DNA of 64,000 nt from a virus: the IMG/VR virus record IMGVR_UViG_3300045988_111426; one strand, given 5' to 3'. The notes beneath the pieces are model-generated. The model was given only the letters and a program-made list of their open reading frames with translations. It had not been told where the DNA came from and made no database searches. Shown in pieces: positions 1 to 8,373 of this stretch; position 1 is the stretch's first letter, and the number at the start of each line of letters is the position of its first letter. A program made the position numbers and the translations under genes.

Positions 1-1311
1 TGAATAACCACTGACGAAGACGTTTCCATCTTTGCTAACAGTTGGTAGTGTGACATTGTCCACTGAGAGATTCCACCAGATCATCTTCACACCCTTCTGA
101 TTGAGAGTATCAAGATGCGTCGCATTTCTATCATAGGAATCGTCGAACTGCATATCACTAAGAACAAGGACATATTCGGGCAGATCTTCCGTTATGTTGT
201 TCAGATTTCGAAGAACTGCTTCGAAATTCGTGCAAGTACAGTCACCGAACGATTCGAGGATCGCCATATCACGAACATAGGAGAAATCCTCATCTTTTGT
301 CAATTTCATGATCCGAGAATCGTCCGAGAAGACGATGAAGTGATTACGGAGATAATCAGAATGGTGTGAAACATAGTGACCAATTGAACGTGCCTTACCA
401 ATTGAATCGAATCTGTCGAACATTGATCCAGAGCCGTCAATGATTGGGATGATCTTCCCAAAGTTCATAGATCCCAGAGCCTTGAAAGCTTCTGTATAGA
501 ACGTGTCATGTTCCATCCCCTTCTCACTGGGATTTATCTTTCCGTCATATGCCGTGTAACGATAATCAAAGCCATTGAATGCAGTGTTTCGATATGACCT
601 TAGTAAGTCGTATGGCGTGGAAACGGACTGATTCATCTTGGTTTTCCCAGATTTTAGTTCCTCGAGATACTTCTTGAAGTTTTCATCCTTGAAGAATTCC
701 TTCTTATGTCGAAGCATAGAAAGTGAAGGAACATGTGAGTAATCATCTGGGAATTCTCCACGTGATCTCACAGATTCGACAGTCATAGGGGATGCGCACC
801 ATCCACGATAGATTGTCTTCGAAATCTTCTGTCTTCGAAGTTCGTTTCTGATGATCTTGAACTTCTTGGATCTCTCACGAGGAAGCCACTTTTTCAGAAG
901 TTCGTAATTACCACGGATAGAATCGTTGTCCATGGCTTCCTTGATGTACCCCACGACCTCCTTGGGGGTGTGAGTGTACAAGATATCATCAGCACGACCA
1001 ACCTCGATCACATCATCGATCGAAATGTTCTGAATTTTCAAGAGAACACGACCGATTTCTCTTTCACCAATCCCCATACGAGGATCTCTGATATACATTG
1101 AGAAGAAGCGGTTGAACTCACTCTTTTCAAGGAACTCGGGATAATCGACAATGATCAGTTTCTCTACTTCTGCAAGTCCCTTGTACTTTGCGATTTCACG
1201 GATCTTTTGAAGTCTGAACAAGAAATCGACATAAGGATTTCCGATGTATCTCTTATAGGCTCTGTCACCATTCGTCGTTCTCGTCTCGTTGAATGCATCG
1301 AAGATGTTCAT
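1..1311 (-). CDS. DUF2828/TROVE-like vWA-domain protein; C-terminal end cut by window edge
   Basis: Not in the ORF track because there is no stop in the window. My translation of the minus strand from ATG 1311..1309 gives MNIFDAFNETRTTNGDRAYKRYIGNPYVDFLF... and later IPIIDGSGSM (DxSxS MIDAS-like). It stays open for 437 codons down to nt 1. The N-terminal TxNGxxAYK signature is recalled for DUF2828. Confidence 0.6.
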   Translation of the reverse strand, partial: MNIFDAFNETRTTNGDRAYKRYIGNPYVDFLFRLQKIREIAKYKGLAEVEKLIIVDYPEFLEKSEFNRFFSMYIRDPRMGIGEREIGRVLLKIQNISIDDVIEVGRADDILYTHTPKEVVGYIKEAMDNDSIRGNYELLKKWLPRERSKKFKIIRNELRRQKISKTIYRGWCASPMTVESVRSRGEFPDDYSHVPSLSMLRHKKEFFKDENFKKYLEELKSGKTKMNQSVSTPYDLLRSYRNTAFNGFDYRYTAYDGKINPSEKGMEHDTFYTEAFKALGSMNFGKIIPIIDGSGSMFDRFDSIGKARSIGHYVSHHSDYLRNHFIVFSDDSRIMKLTKDEDFSYVRDMAILESFGDCTCTNFEAVLRNLNNITEDLPEYVLVLSDMQFDDSYDRNATHLDTLNQKGVKMIWWNLSVDNVTLPTVSKDGNVFVSGYS

Positions 1312-1385
1312 AATCGTTTGATTGAGATTGATCTTTATTTGTTGTTTGTGATTGTTTGTGATTGATTGCTTAGCGATTAATGTTT

Positions 1386-1416
1386 CGGTCATCTTATCTT
1401 TACGACAAGATGACCG
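1386..1416 (-). terminator. hairpin after ORF 1443..1775
   Basis: CGGTCATCTT / AAGATGACCG 10-bp stem. The T-run is on the plus side only. Confidence 0.4.
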
Positions 1417-1442
1417 TTTCTTCTTTTGTTTTCCCTTCTTCT

Positions 1443-1775
1443 TTAAGCTATGATCTGATCTTCCAAGGTGTCAATGAGTTGTAGCATTTCCCTGTAATGA
1501 TCGATGTTTTTAAGGTTCATTGGATCTTCTTCTACAATTTCCAAAAGATCTCCGAATCTGTCATCAATCGCAATGTCGACGTTTTCACCGTCTTCCATGT
1601 CGTTGTAGATGTAAGTTGGCAGTTCCTTTAGTCTGTTATAGATTTCGATTATCAGTTCGAATTCCTCATCGGTCTTCTTCTTTGAGAAGTAAGACATTGG
1701 AATCTTGTTTTGGATCTTGAACATTCTCTTGACGTAATCTTTCACAGAGAAGTAGTCATCCAGCAGTGTAGTCAT
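1443..1775 (-). CDS. hypothetical small acidic protein
   Basis: 110-aa ORF, co-oriented and tightly packed with neighbours, D/E-rich. No motif recognised. Confidence 0.5.
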   Translation of the reverse strand: MTTLLDDYFSVKDYVKRMFKIQNKIPMSYFSKKKTDEEFELIIEIYNRLKELPTYIYNDMEDGENVDIAIDDRFGDLLEIVEEDPMNLKNIDHYREMLQLIDTLEDQIIA

Positions 1776-1789
1776 ATTTTCACCGAGTT

Positions 1790-2413
1790 CTAAATTAAAA
1801 AATCCTTGCTTGAAAGAATAGTTGAAGTCGACACCTCAACCTCCTCTTTTATATTCCCATCGACAAGCATGTTTTTGATGCAAGCATAGTCAAGTTCAAT
1901 GACAATGTTTCTACCTTCGGAGACCATTTCCACATTCTTCCCATAGTGATAATGGAGCTTGGATGATGAACAACTGTCTGTTTCGTCCTTGTATTCCACC
2001 AAGAGGTAATGTTTTGAAGGAATGGCTTTGAGAATGACTGATTCTTGGAATTTCCAATAAGAATCGTCTATGATGTCCGTCTTCTTAATCATTTCAAGAG
2101 AAATGATCTCATCGATTATCATTTTTTCAAACACTTCCTCCGAAATGTCTACTCTGTCGAGGATCTTCTGTGATCTGAAGATGTCACGATTTTTATCATC
2201 GTAGACCACTCTTCCAAGTGTCCTTGAGAAGACGAAGTTCCCATCAAGATAATCTTCTAAAAGCAGACAGAACTTGCCGTCCAGAGAGTACCTTTTCTCG
2301 TTGAACTTTTTACCATCAAAGACAACAACGTAGTACTGACCATCTTTCAAAACAGCATAGGTTCTTATGGTCTTGTTATCGTGTCTAAGTTTTATAAGTA
2401 CTAGTTTGGGCAT
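1790..2413 (-). CDS. hypothetical protein, tandem paralog of 2425..3039
   Basis: 207 aa. Shares SEEVFEKMIIDEIISLEMI...DDSYWKFQESVIL with the neighbour's SEETFDELIDGSLFTLLEIYV...YSDLWKFEDEILV at similar positions and similar length. Confidence 0.55.
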   Translation of the reverse strand: MPKLVLIKLRHDNKTIRTYAVLKDGQYYVVVFDGKKFNEKRYSLDGKFCLLLEDYLDGNFVFSRTLGRVVYDDKNRDIFRSQKILDRVDISEEVFEKMIIDEIISLEMIKKTDIIDDSYWKFQESVILKAIPSKHYLLVEYKDETDSCSSSKLHYHYGKNVEMVSEGRNIVIELDYACIKNMLVDGNIKEEVEVSTSTILSSKDFLI

Positions 2414-2424
2414 GGTCGATTCGG

Positions 2425-3039
2425 TTACTTAAAGTTGAGGTATTCGTTATTGTAAATGCTGGAAACTGTCATCTTTGTACTTTCGACAAGAAGACCATTC
2501 ACGAGGATCTTCAAATCTTTGCCATGTCTGTCGATAACGATGATGTCGTCGGAATACTTGAAAATCTGTGGTGTTCTACAGTTTTCAAAGTTTACGAAAC
2601 CTTCGGAAATCCGCTTTCCATTTTCATCAAAACTGGTAACTGATAGATTCTCACCAATCCCCGAAGTGACAAGTATCTCATCTTCAAACTTCCAAAGGTC
2701 AGAATAAGGAATTGTCTCAGTGACGTAAATCTCCAGAAGTGTGAAGAGCGAGCCATCGATCAGCTCGTCAAATGTTTCTTCCGAAAAGCTCAATCTGTAA
2801 AGAAATCTATCAGATGTCTTTGTTCCGTCTCTCCTCTCTATGAGAAGTTTGATCATTGGAACGACAACTGCGCTTCCTCCGATATATTCGATAGTCCCAG
2901 CACATGAAAGGAACTTCTTCTTGTCGATCTGGGGCTGATAGTCGTTGAATCTGTCCATGTCGATACGGACTGTGAAGAATCTCTCTCCGATCTTCGCCAC
3001 GTATGACTTCAAACTTTGAAGGTAGACGATTTTTACCAT
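2425..3039 (-). CDS. hypothetical protein, tandem paralog of 1790..2413
   Basis: 204 aa. See the paralog blocks listed for 1790..2413. Confidence 0.55.
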   Translation of the reverse strand: MVKIVYLQSLKSYVAKIGERFFTVRIDMDRFNDYQPQIDKKKFLSCAGTIEYIGGSAVVVPMIKLLIERRDGTKTSDRFLYRLSFSEETFDELIDGSLFTLLEIYVTETIPYSDLWKFEDEILVTSGIGENLSVTSFDENGKRISEGFVNFENCRTPQIFKYSDDIIVIDRHGKDLKILVNGLLVESTKMTVSSIYNNEYLNFK

Positions 3040-3845
3040 AATGTTTCTTCTTTCTGAGATTTGTGGAAGAACCTTTCATACAGGTTCGGATTCTCCCAGT
3101 CTCTTATAACAGATGACATGCAGAGATTTTTGATGTTGTGATAAATTGATAGGTTCTCTTTGTCAAGTGTATCGTTGTCGATTATCGATTGCATCCACTC
3201 TTCACGAAAAACCCATGGAAATCTTTTCCCATTCTGATAGTAGATTTGGTCTTGACCAAGCGAGGAACATGAAATGTACTCAATTCCCGAGAAATCGGTC
3301 TTGTGGTGAAATCCGAGAAGTGGTTCAATTTCTAACCACAATCTTGTGTTGGGAGAAATCTTCAAAGATGCTCGCAGAAGATCCACTCTATGACGAAAGC
3401 CATCATTTTCCACAGATGTTCCAATTATGACGTTATCTGGGAGCGGTTTCTGATAATAGTCTCTGAGGAACTTGTAATAACGCCCAGCATTCTTCGATAA
3501 TAGAAAGAAAACGTGTTGTGGGAAATCTCCGAAAGTGTCAAACACACAAGCAATGTCCTTGTCTTCGATCGACGGACTTAAAAAGTCACCCATTATCGAA
3601 CCGATGTAGATTTCAGAGACTTCTGATGGACTTATGAAATCTCGGAGGTGCTTTGTGTTTATCTTTGGTTGTAGGAAAAACTGATCCGCATAACCTCTGG
3701 CAGGGAACATCTTATAACGAACATAGCAATATGGACAAGACGACTTTTCCGTGGGGACGATGATCGAATCGTCAAATGGGTCTCCACAAGTCCCTTCCTT
3801 CTTCCCAAAGACATCACATCCGTAGACAAAGTTCAAAGTTCTCAT
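3033..3845 (-). CDS. DUF5131 (phage Gp37/Gp68 family)-like protein
   Basis: Ordered blocks SSCPYCYVRY, IYIGSIMGDF, HVFFLLSKN, NVIIGTSVEN and WLEIEPLLG match my memory of the CxxCY / smsDlF / iLTKr / GvSvEn / EPLLg layout of DUF5131. Confidence 0.5.
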   Translation of the reverse strand: MRTLNFVYGCDVFGKKEGTCGDPFDDSIIVPTEKSSCPYCYVRYKMFPARGYADQFFLQPKINTKHLRDFISPSEVSEIYIGSIMGDFLSPSIEDKDIACVFDTFGDFPQHVFFLLSKNAGRYYKFLRDYYQKPLPDNVIIGTSVENDGFRHRVDLLRASLKISPNTRLWLEIEPLLGFHHKTDFSGIEYISCSSLGQDQIYYQNGKRFPWVFREEWMQSIIDNDTLDKENLSIYHNIKNLCMSSVIRDWENPNLYERFFHKSQKEETLW

Positions 3846-3851
3846 TCCTCT

Positions 3852-5054
3852 TTACCAAAGTGGATCGAAAGCGATCAATGAAACAGGCAATGCTTGTACA
3901 CCAATCGAAGTGATTATCTTGTTAAGTGGTGAAAGATAAAGCATTTCGAACTGCTTGGAATAATCGATTGGATAAAGGAACTCATAACAAGGGTCTCCGT
4001 TGACAAATGCGAAGACATCACTTCGGGGATCTGTTGAATAGTAGTATTGAATCTTCATCCCCGATCTGATCTGTTGATATTTGTGTTTATACTTCGACTT
4101 TGTAAGTTCGGCATTATAAACACTCGAAGCTCTGATCTGAATTGTTACCCCCTTGACGTATTCGAAGACACCATCTTTTGCAGTTATCACATATTTCTCA
4201 TAACCATTAACTCTCTGAGAGATTGCAACATCTTCCACGTTTGCACTTTCAAATTTTGATTTTTGCATTTTGACGTGGTCGATGAAATCTCGAAGATTCA
4301 GTTCTCGGTGTTGCAAGATATAGTGAACTGTCTCACGGAGAAGTTCTCGGACAAACTTTGGTGTCGATGACTTGTTAATATCGAGACCTTTGACTTCTAC
4401 GTTTTCAAGTGGCTTGAAATAAACGCCTTCTTCCCAAGAGATATTCTTGATGTACTTCTTCTTCGATGTCCACAAGACGTTGTGGCAGATCATCTCAAAA
4501 GCAAGCTTCATTGAACGTTGTCCATCAATCTTCTGCTGGAATCCGTTGAACTTGCGGATATAACCAACGAGCATATCTTTGACACAATCATTCAGATCGT
4601 TTTCACCAATATCAAAGACGAATTCTTCAAGAGTTCCCTTGTAATCGGTCTTGTCCATGATGTCCTTGTAACGGATAAACACGGAATCTGTGTCGGCATA
4701 GTTCACCGCATTGAAATCGATCGGATCACACTTTGTAATCCCCATCTTTGCATGCAGTTCCCGATGATTTGGGAATCTCTGTTGGAAATACCTATTGAAG
4801 AAGAGAATGGTGTAACGGATCACATGAGAAGATTGCTCAGACACGGATCTTGCAATTTCTCTATCGTAGAGGATAAATGAATGATAACCAAGAACACCAT
4901 AGATTGAGTTGAGAGCAACTTTCGAGACTTTGTTAATTGTTGACTGATAACTTGCTTCTCTCTCAAGTCTGGATATTTCCATCAGAATCTCCTCTTCTGT
5001 GACATTCTGTCCTTTCTTCAAGGATGAGTGGTTAAGTTCTATCTCAAGGATCAT
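3852..5054 (-). CDS. family-B DNA polymerase, C-terminal (fingers/palm/thumb) fragment as a separate gene
   Basis: Motif B KVALNSIYGVLG, motif C YADTDSVFI and a KKKY box (WTSKKKYIKN) are present. Exonuclease motifs and motif A (DxxSLYPS) are absent. An in-frame TAG lies 11 codons upstream of the ATG (5085..5087). Confidence 0.85.
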   Translation of the reverse strand: MILEIELNHSSLKKGQNVTEEEILMEISRLEREASYQSTINKVSKVALNSIYGVLGYHSFILYDREIARSVSEQSSHVIRYTILFFNRYFQQRFPNHRELHAKMGITKCDPIDFNAVNYADTDSVFIRYKDIMDKTDYKGTLEEFVFDIGENDLNDCVKDMLVGYIRKFNGFQQKIDGQRSMKLAFEMICHNVLWTSKKKYIKNISWEEGVYFKPLENVEVKGLDINKSSTPKFVRELLRETVHYILQHRELNLRDFIDHVKMQKSKFESANVEDVAISQRVNGYEKYVITAKDGVFEYVKGVTIQIRASSVYNAELTKSKYKHKYQQIRSGMKIQYYYSTDPRSDVFAFVNGDPCYEFLYPIDYSKQFEMLYLSPLNKIITSIGVQALPVSLIAFDPLW

Positions 5055-5246
5055 TGGGGATCTTGTTGTAGAGTTGTTGGCTGACTATTGATTGATCAGT
5101 AGATGTTGATCAGTTGATGATTGTTGATGTCGGATGTCTATTCACATTTCCTATAATCAAGAGAGGTCATGGGTTATGTTCGGGAGGATTTTGGAGGTGA
5201 TCTCTTTTTAAAGTTTCGTACGTATACGCAGGAATTCCAACAGTTT

Positions 5247-5444
5247 TATATGCGTGTCACCTAACACGCTAGCGGTACCATTGGTAGAAACTGGAGATTT
5301 TTAATCAGAGAAATAAAGATATTTCTGCGCTCAATGTATGGTTTGTAGAAACCTATGCACTAGCGTGCATAGTTTGTTCTCCAAACCAGTTGTTAATGCT
5401 TCGCATTAACGTTAAAAGTAATTAAAAATAATCGCACGCATATA
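5247..5444. other. ORF-free hairpin-rich segment; candidate structured RNA or origin-associated structure
   Basis: A 10-bp long-range complement TATATGCGTG (5247-5256) / CACGCATATA (5435-5444) encloses perfect hairpins CTATGCAC-tagc-GTGCATAG (5353-5372) and GTTAATGC-ttc-GCATTAAC (5392-5410), plus GGTTT-gtag-AAACC (5340-5353). Confidence 0.25.
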
Positions 5445-5645
5445 CGAGTATACACCCACGAATACACACCCACGAGTTACACGAATAAGCATGCGGTTTG
5501 TGACAACTGAGCCGATAATCAGCCAAGAATCCTCCAAAGTCATAGGTAGTCTTCAAAGAATCAGTCATAGTCTTTCAATGATCCTTTAATCTTTGGTCTT
5601 AGTCTTTGATGATTTCCAACAGTCGTCATAATCTTTCAATGATCA

Positions 5646-5681
5646 GTCTTTGTCTTTGTCTTTGTCTTTGTCTTTGTCTTT
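5646..5681 (+). repeat. (GTCTTT)6 microsatellite
   Basis: Six perfect tandem hexamers read directly. Confidence 0.95.
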
Positions 5682-5768
5682 CCATAACCCTTCATAGTCT
5701 TTGACAATAGTCCACAGTCTTCCAATGATCATCATTATCCTTCAAAGATACTCTTCTGATTAAAGAGA

Positions 5769-5844
5769 GGTACTTTCCTTGCACTCTGATACACTTTCCG
5801 CTATTTCTACCCCACTGAATATCTTCGAGGACAAGGAAGATACC
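5769..5844 (+). promoter_or_regulatory. cassette E1: IR-wrapped bipartite promoter-like element
   Basis: GGTACTTTCCTTGC (TTG 5779-5781), N20, TATTTCTA (5802-5809), N22, CAAGGAAGATACC (5832-5844). Confidence 0.55.
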
Positions 5845-6019
5845 AAGAAGACAATCGAAGATAATCAGTCATAGTCTTCCAATAGTCCTTTGATGATTGC
5901 CTTTGTCTTTCAATGATTGTCCATAATCAGTCATAGTCTTCCAATGATCCTTTGACAATCATTCATTATTGTCATTGTCTATTCATAGTCTTTCAAGAGT
6001 ACTCTTCTGATTACAGAAA

Positions 6020-6094
6020 GGCACTTTCCTTGCATTCTGACCCATTTGACGCTATTTTCACCCCACTTGATCAGTTTGAATCAAAGAAAGACAT
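6020..6094 (+). promoter_or_regulatory. cassette E2 (right arm degenerate)
   Basis: GGCACTTTCCTTGC (TTG 6030-6032), N20, TATTTTCA (6053-6060). Right arm decayed to TCAAAGAAAGACAT. Confidence 0.5.
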
Positions 6095-6230
6095 AAAGAA
6101 GACAATCGTCGATAATCAATAGTCTTTCGATAATCAGCCTTTGTCTTTAATTGTCTTTCATAGTCTTTGATGATGATCATTGTCTCCCGACGAGAGTCCA
6201 TAATCCCCAAGAATATGTCTTCTGATTACA

Positions 6231-6314
6231 GGAAGGTACTTTCCTTGCACTCTGACCCATTTTCCGCTATTTTCATATTCTTGAATCACTTCGAGGACAA
6301 GGAAAGTACCTTCC
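6231..6314 (+). promoter_or_regulatory. cassette E3 (perfect 17-bp inverted repeat)
   Basis: GGAAGGTACTTTCCTTG (6231-6247), N20, TATTTTCA (6268-6275), N22, CAAGGAAAGTACCTTCC (6298-6314). Confidence 0.6.
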
Positions 6315-6481
6315 TTTAAAGCATATCAATTGGATAACACGTCTTCGGATAATGATGAATAGTGAACGATTGTTTCTCATCTATCCATTTTTGTTGATCT
6401 TCCGATAAAAACAACCATTTCTCACCCATTATAAGACGTATGAAGTAGATTTGTTGATGTCATAAGAATACAAAGAAGACA

Positions 6482-7039
6482 ATGAAGTCATTAGAACAGT
6501 TTCGCAATATGGTCTTGAATCACGATATCTTCATATTGATCGAAGGTAGACAAGCATTGATCAAAAATGTCGATCTTGATTTATACTCTCGACGTGGTGA
6601 TTTAGTGGTTTCGTATCAAGACATAATAATCAACGACGAAGGTATAAAGACAGAGAACCACGAGGAAACTGTTCTATTCATTCGTGATGGTCTCTTTTGT
6701 GAAGACTACTACATCGTGGAATCCGATCCAGTGTTCTATAAGCAGTTTTCTATAAAGACACGCAACAAGATGAAGATTCTCGATATGCGAGATATTGCCG
6801 TTGTTCACGATCTCTCTTCAAAATCTCCAGAGGAAATAATGAACGTTTATAAGATGATTCGTGAAGAGATTCTTCTTTACACGTTCTTCAATCCTTCTAT
6901 CTTCCATAAAAATCCTTACCCATCTTTAGAATATAAGATGCCAAATGAAAAGATTATCGAAAAGTCAGATGAATCATTGAGAAATCTGGATGGTCTGATC
7001 GATTCTGCAAGATCAATTCATTGGTTCTTAAGTTTCTAA
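6482..7039 (+). CDS. hypothetical protein (first gene of the plus-strand early-looking operon)
   Basis: 185-aa ORF downstream of three tandem promoter-like cassettes. No motif recognised. Confidence 0.55.
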   Translation: MKSLEQFRNMVLNHDIFILIEGRQALIKNVDLDLYSRRGDLVVSYQDIIINDEGIKTENHEETVLFIRDGLFCEDYYIVESDPVFYKQFSIKTRNKMKILDMRDIAVVHDLSSKSPEEIMNVYKMIREEILLYTFFNPSIFHKNPYPSLEYKMPNEKIIEKSDESLRNLDGLIDSARSIHWFLSF

Positions 7040-7055
7040 CAGAGAGGAAAAAGTC

Positions 7056-7586
7056 ATGAAGAAGATAGCTTTCGTTGGTAAATCTGCAGTTGGTAAGAAT
7101 CACTTCTTAAACATCTTTACCGCTCTTGGATACAAACCAGCAATAGGTCATACTACAAGAGCACCAAGAGAGGGGGAACAAGAAGGTAAAGATTATCACT
7201 TTGTCTCTAAGGAAGAGTTTGCGGAGATGATCTTGAAGGACGAGTTCATCCAGTTCATGCAGTTCCAAGGAGAATATTACGGAACTACTTTCACAGAATT
7301 CAGAAATTGTGACTTCTTCATCACTTCACCAACTGGTCTTGAGTACATTCCCGACAATCTTCGCTCAAATATAACAATAGCTGAACTCATCTGTGAAAAG
7401 ACAGTCACAATCCTCAGAAGACAGATTCGTGATGCATCCCAAGATACCACTTCGAGAGATGAGAATGACGACAAGCTCTTTGAAAACTTTGATCAGAAAA
7501 TGAAAGATCTCGGTTATAATCACGTGAAGATCGACACTGCAACAGCAATCGAAAAGTTCTACGCTCACAGCTTTGATGTATGCTAA
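7056..7586 (+). CDS. guanylate kinase-like nucleoside monophosphate kinase
   Basis: P-loop GKSAVGKNH, GHTTRAPREGEQEGKDYHFVSKEEF and FMQFQGEYYGTT match the guanylate kinase signature (shTTRxpRxgExdGxdYhFvs...YGT). Confidence 0.75.
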   Translation: MKKIAFVGKSAVGKNHFLNIFTALGYKPAIGHTTRAPREGEQEGKDYHFVSKEEFAEMILKDEFIQFMQFQGEYYGTTFTEFRNCDFFITSPTGLEYIPDNLRSNITIAELICEKTVTILRRQIRDASQDTTSRDENDDKLFENFDQKMKDLGYNHVKIDTATAIEKFYAHSFDVC

Positions 7587-8284
7587 TACTTGATAACAGT
7601 AAAGACTACTACGACTACATCCAAGGCGTTTATGGCGTGGATAGAAAGATTGTGTTTGATAGGCATGCTTTCAACTTACAGCACGAAGATGTTCGTTTTT
7701 CTTGTCACGACAATCTTGCTTACTTTCTTGTAGAAGTTGCAACAACGTGGTATATGCTCAGAGTTGATGTTGATCCCGAGAGAGATTCTTTAAGGGGGGA
7801 GCACCCTTTCCAAAGATTGAGTTTTTATCACAAAGACATACGTTCTCTTTCTCTCATCTGTACAAAGGAAATCGATGAAAAGGAGAAACTTTCCGATAGT
7901 GTTTCGTTCTTACTCAACATTGACAACGCCCATACCGTTTTCTCGATGTTCATGTCTTATATGATCACCCACGGTAGAAAATACGGCTTTGGGGATGAGC
8001 GTATAGACTACGACGACATGTTCAGATCTCTGTTCGAAATGTCAGCGTCTGAGATAGTACCGAAGGTGGCCAGATTTGGATTTGAAAGCTACTTCCACTG
8101 TAAAAATCCACTCTTGAAGTGCATCAACTTCGGTGGGATTGTTCCTCCAGAGGAGATGTTCATCAAGATCCAAAACTTCCTCTCGGCACAAATCAAAGAT
8201 GGTGTCGAAGTGAAGATGACAGATGAACAGAAGATTGTCGGGTATGGATTCGACAAGAAGACATCTTTCAGGAAGAGAAAATAA
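7580..8284 (+). CDS. hypothetical protein
   Basis: 234-aa ORF overlapping the previous stop by 7 nt. Followed by hairpin 8314..8351. No motif recognised. Confidence 0.55.
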   Translation: MLILDNSKDYYDYIQGVYGVDRKIVFDRHAFNLQHEDVRFSCHDNLAYFLVEVATTWYMLRVDVDPERDSLRGEHPFQRLSFYHKDIRSLSLICTKEIDEKEKLSDSVSFLLNIDNAHTVFSMFMSYMITHGRKYGFGDERIDYDDMFRSLFEMSASEIVPKVARFGFESYFHCKNPLLKCINFGGIVPPEEMFIKIQNFLSAQIKDGVEVKMTDEQKIVGYGFDKKTSFRKRK

Positions 8285-8313
8285 GGATTCTATTCATACT
8301 TTCCATAGACAGC

Positions 8314-8351
8314 GAGAGGACTGTGGTCAATTTCGAGATCACAGCCCTCTC
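8314..8351. terminator. hairpin between convergent genes (likely bidirectional terminator)
   Basis: GAGAGGACTGTGGTC / GATCACAGCCCTCTC (15 bp, 2 mismatches) followed by CAATTTTT. Confidence 0.6.
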
Positions 8352-8373
8352 CAATTTTTCAAGAGTGAAAGTT

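Larger units (their letters stand above)
5520..6320 (+). repeat. three tandem ~250-340-bp units, each an iteron cluster plus an E cassette
   Basis: Unit ends are marked by AAGAAGACAATCG (5847, 6096), which recurs as AAGAAGACAATG at the 6482 start codon. There are about 15 same-strand copies of AGTCTT(T/C)(C/G)A(A/T)(T/A)GAT-like iterons (e.g. CATAGTCTTTCAATGATC, CATAGTCTTCCAATGATC, TAGTCTTTGATGAT). Confidence 0.8.

Noticed and set aside
5055-5520. Group I intron or missing upstream exon of the polymerase gene.
   Set aside because: There is an in-frame stop 11 codons upstream of the ATG. No ORF with PolB N-terminal motifs exists anywhere upstream on the minus strand before the divergent 6482 operon. 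The gene has a leader like other independent genes. No P7/P3-type intron core was recognised.
5520-6320. Possible CRISPR array, given the many short repeats in an ORF-free region. The same question applies to the TGTCAT arrays.
   Set aside because: The repeats are 6-18 bp, irregularly spaced and imperfect, with no 25-40-bp repeat/spacer periodicity and no cas genes. They behave as iterons or operators within ~250-bp tandem units.
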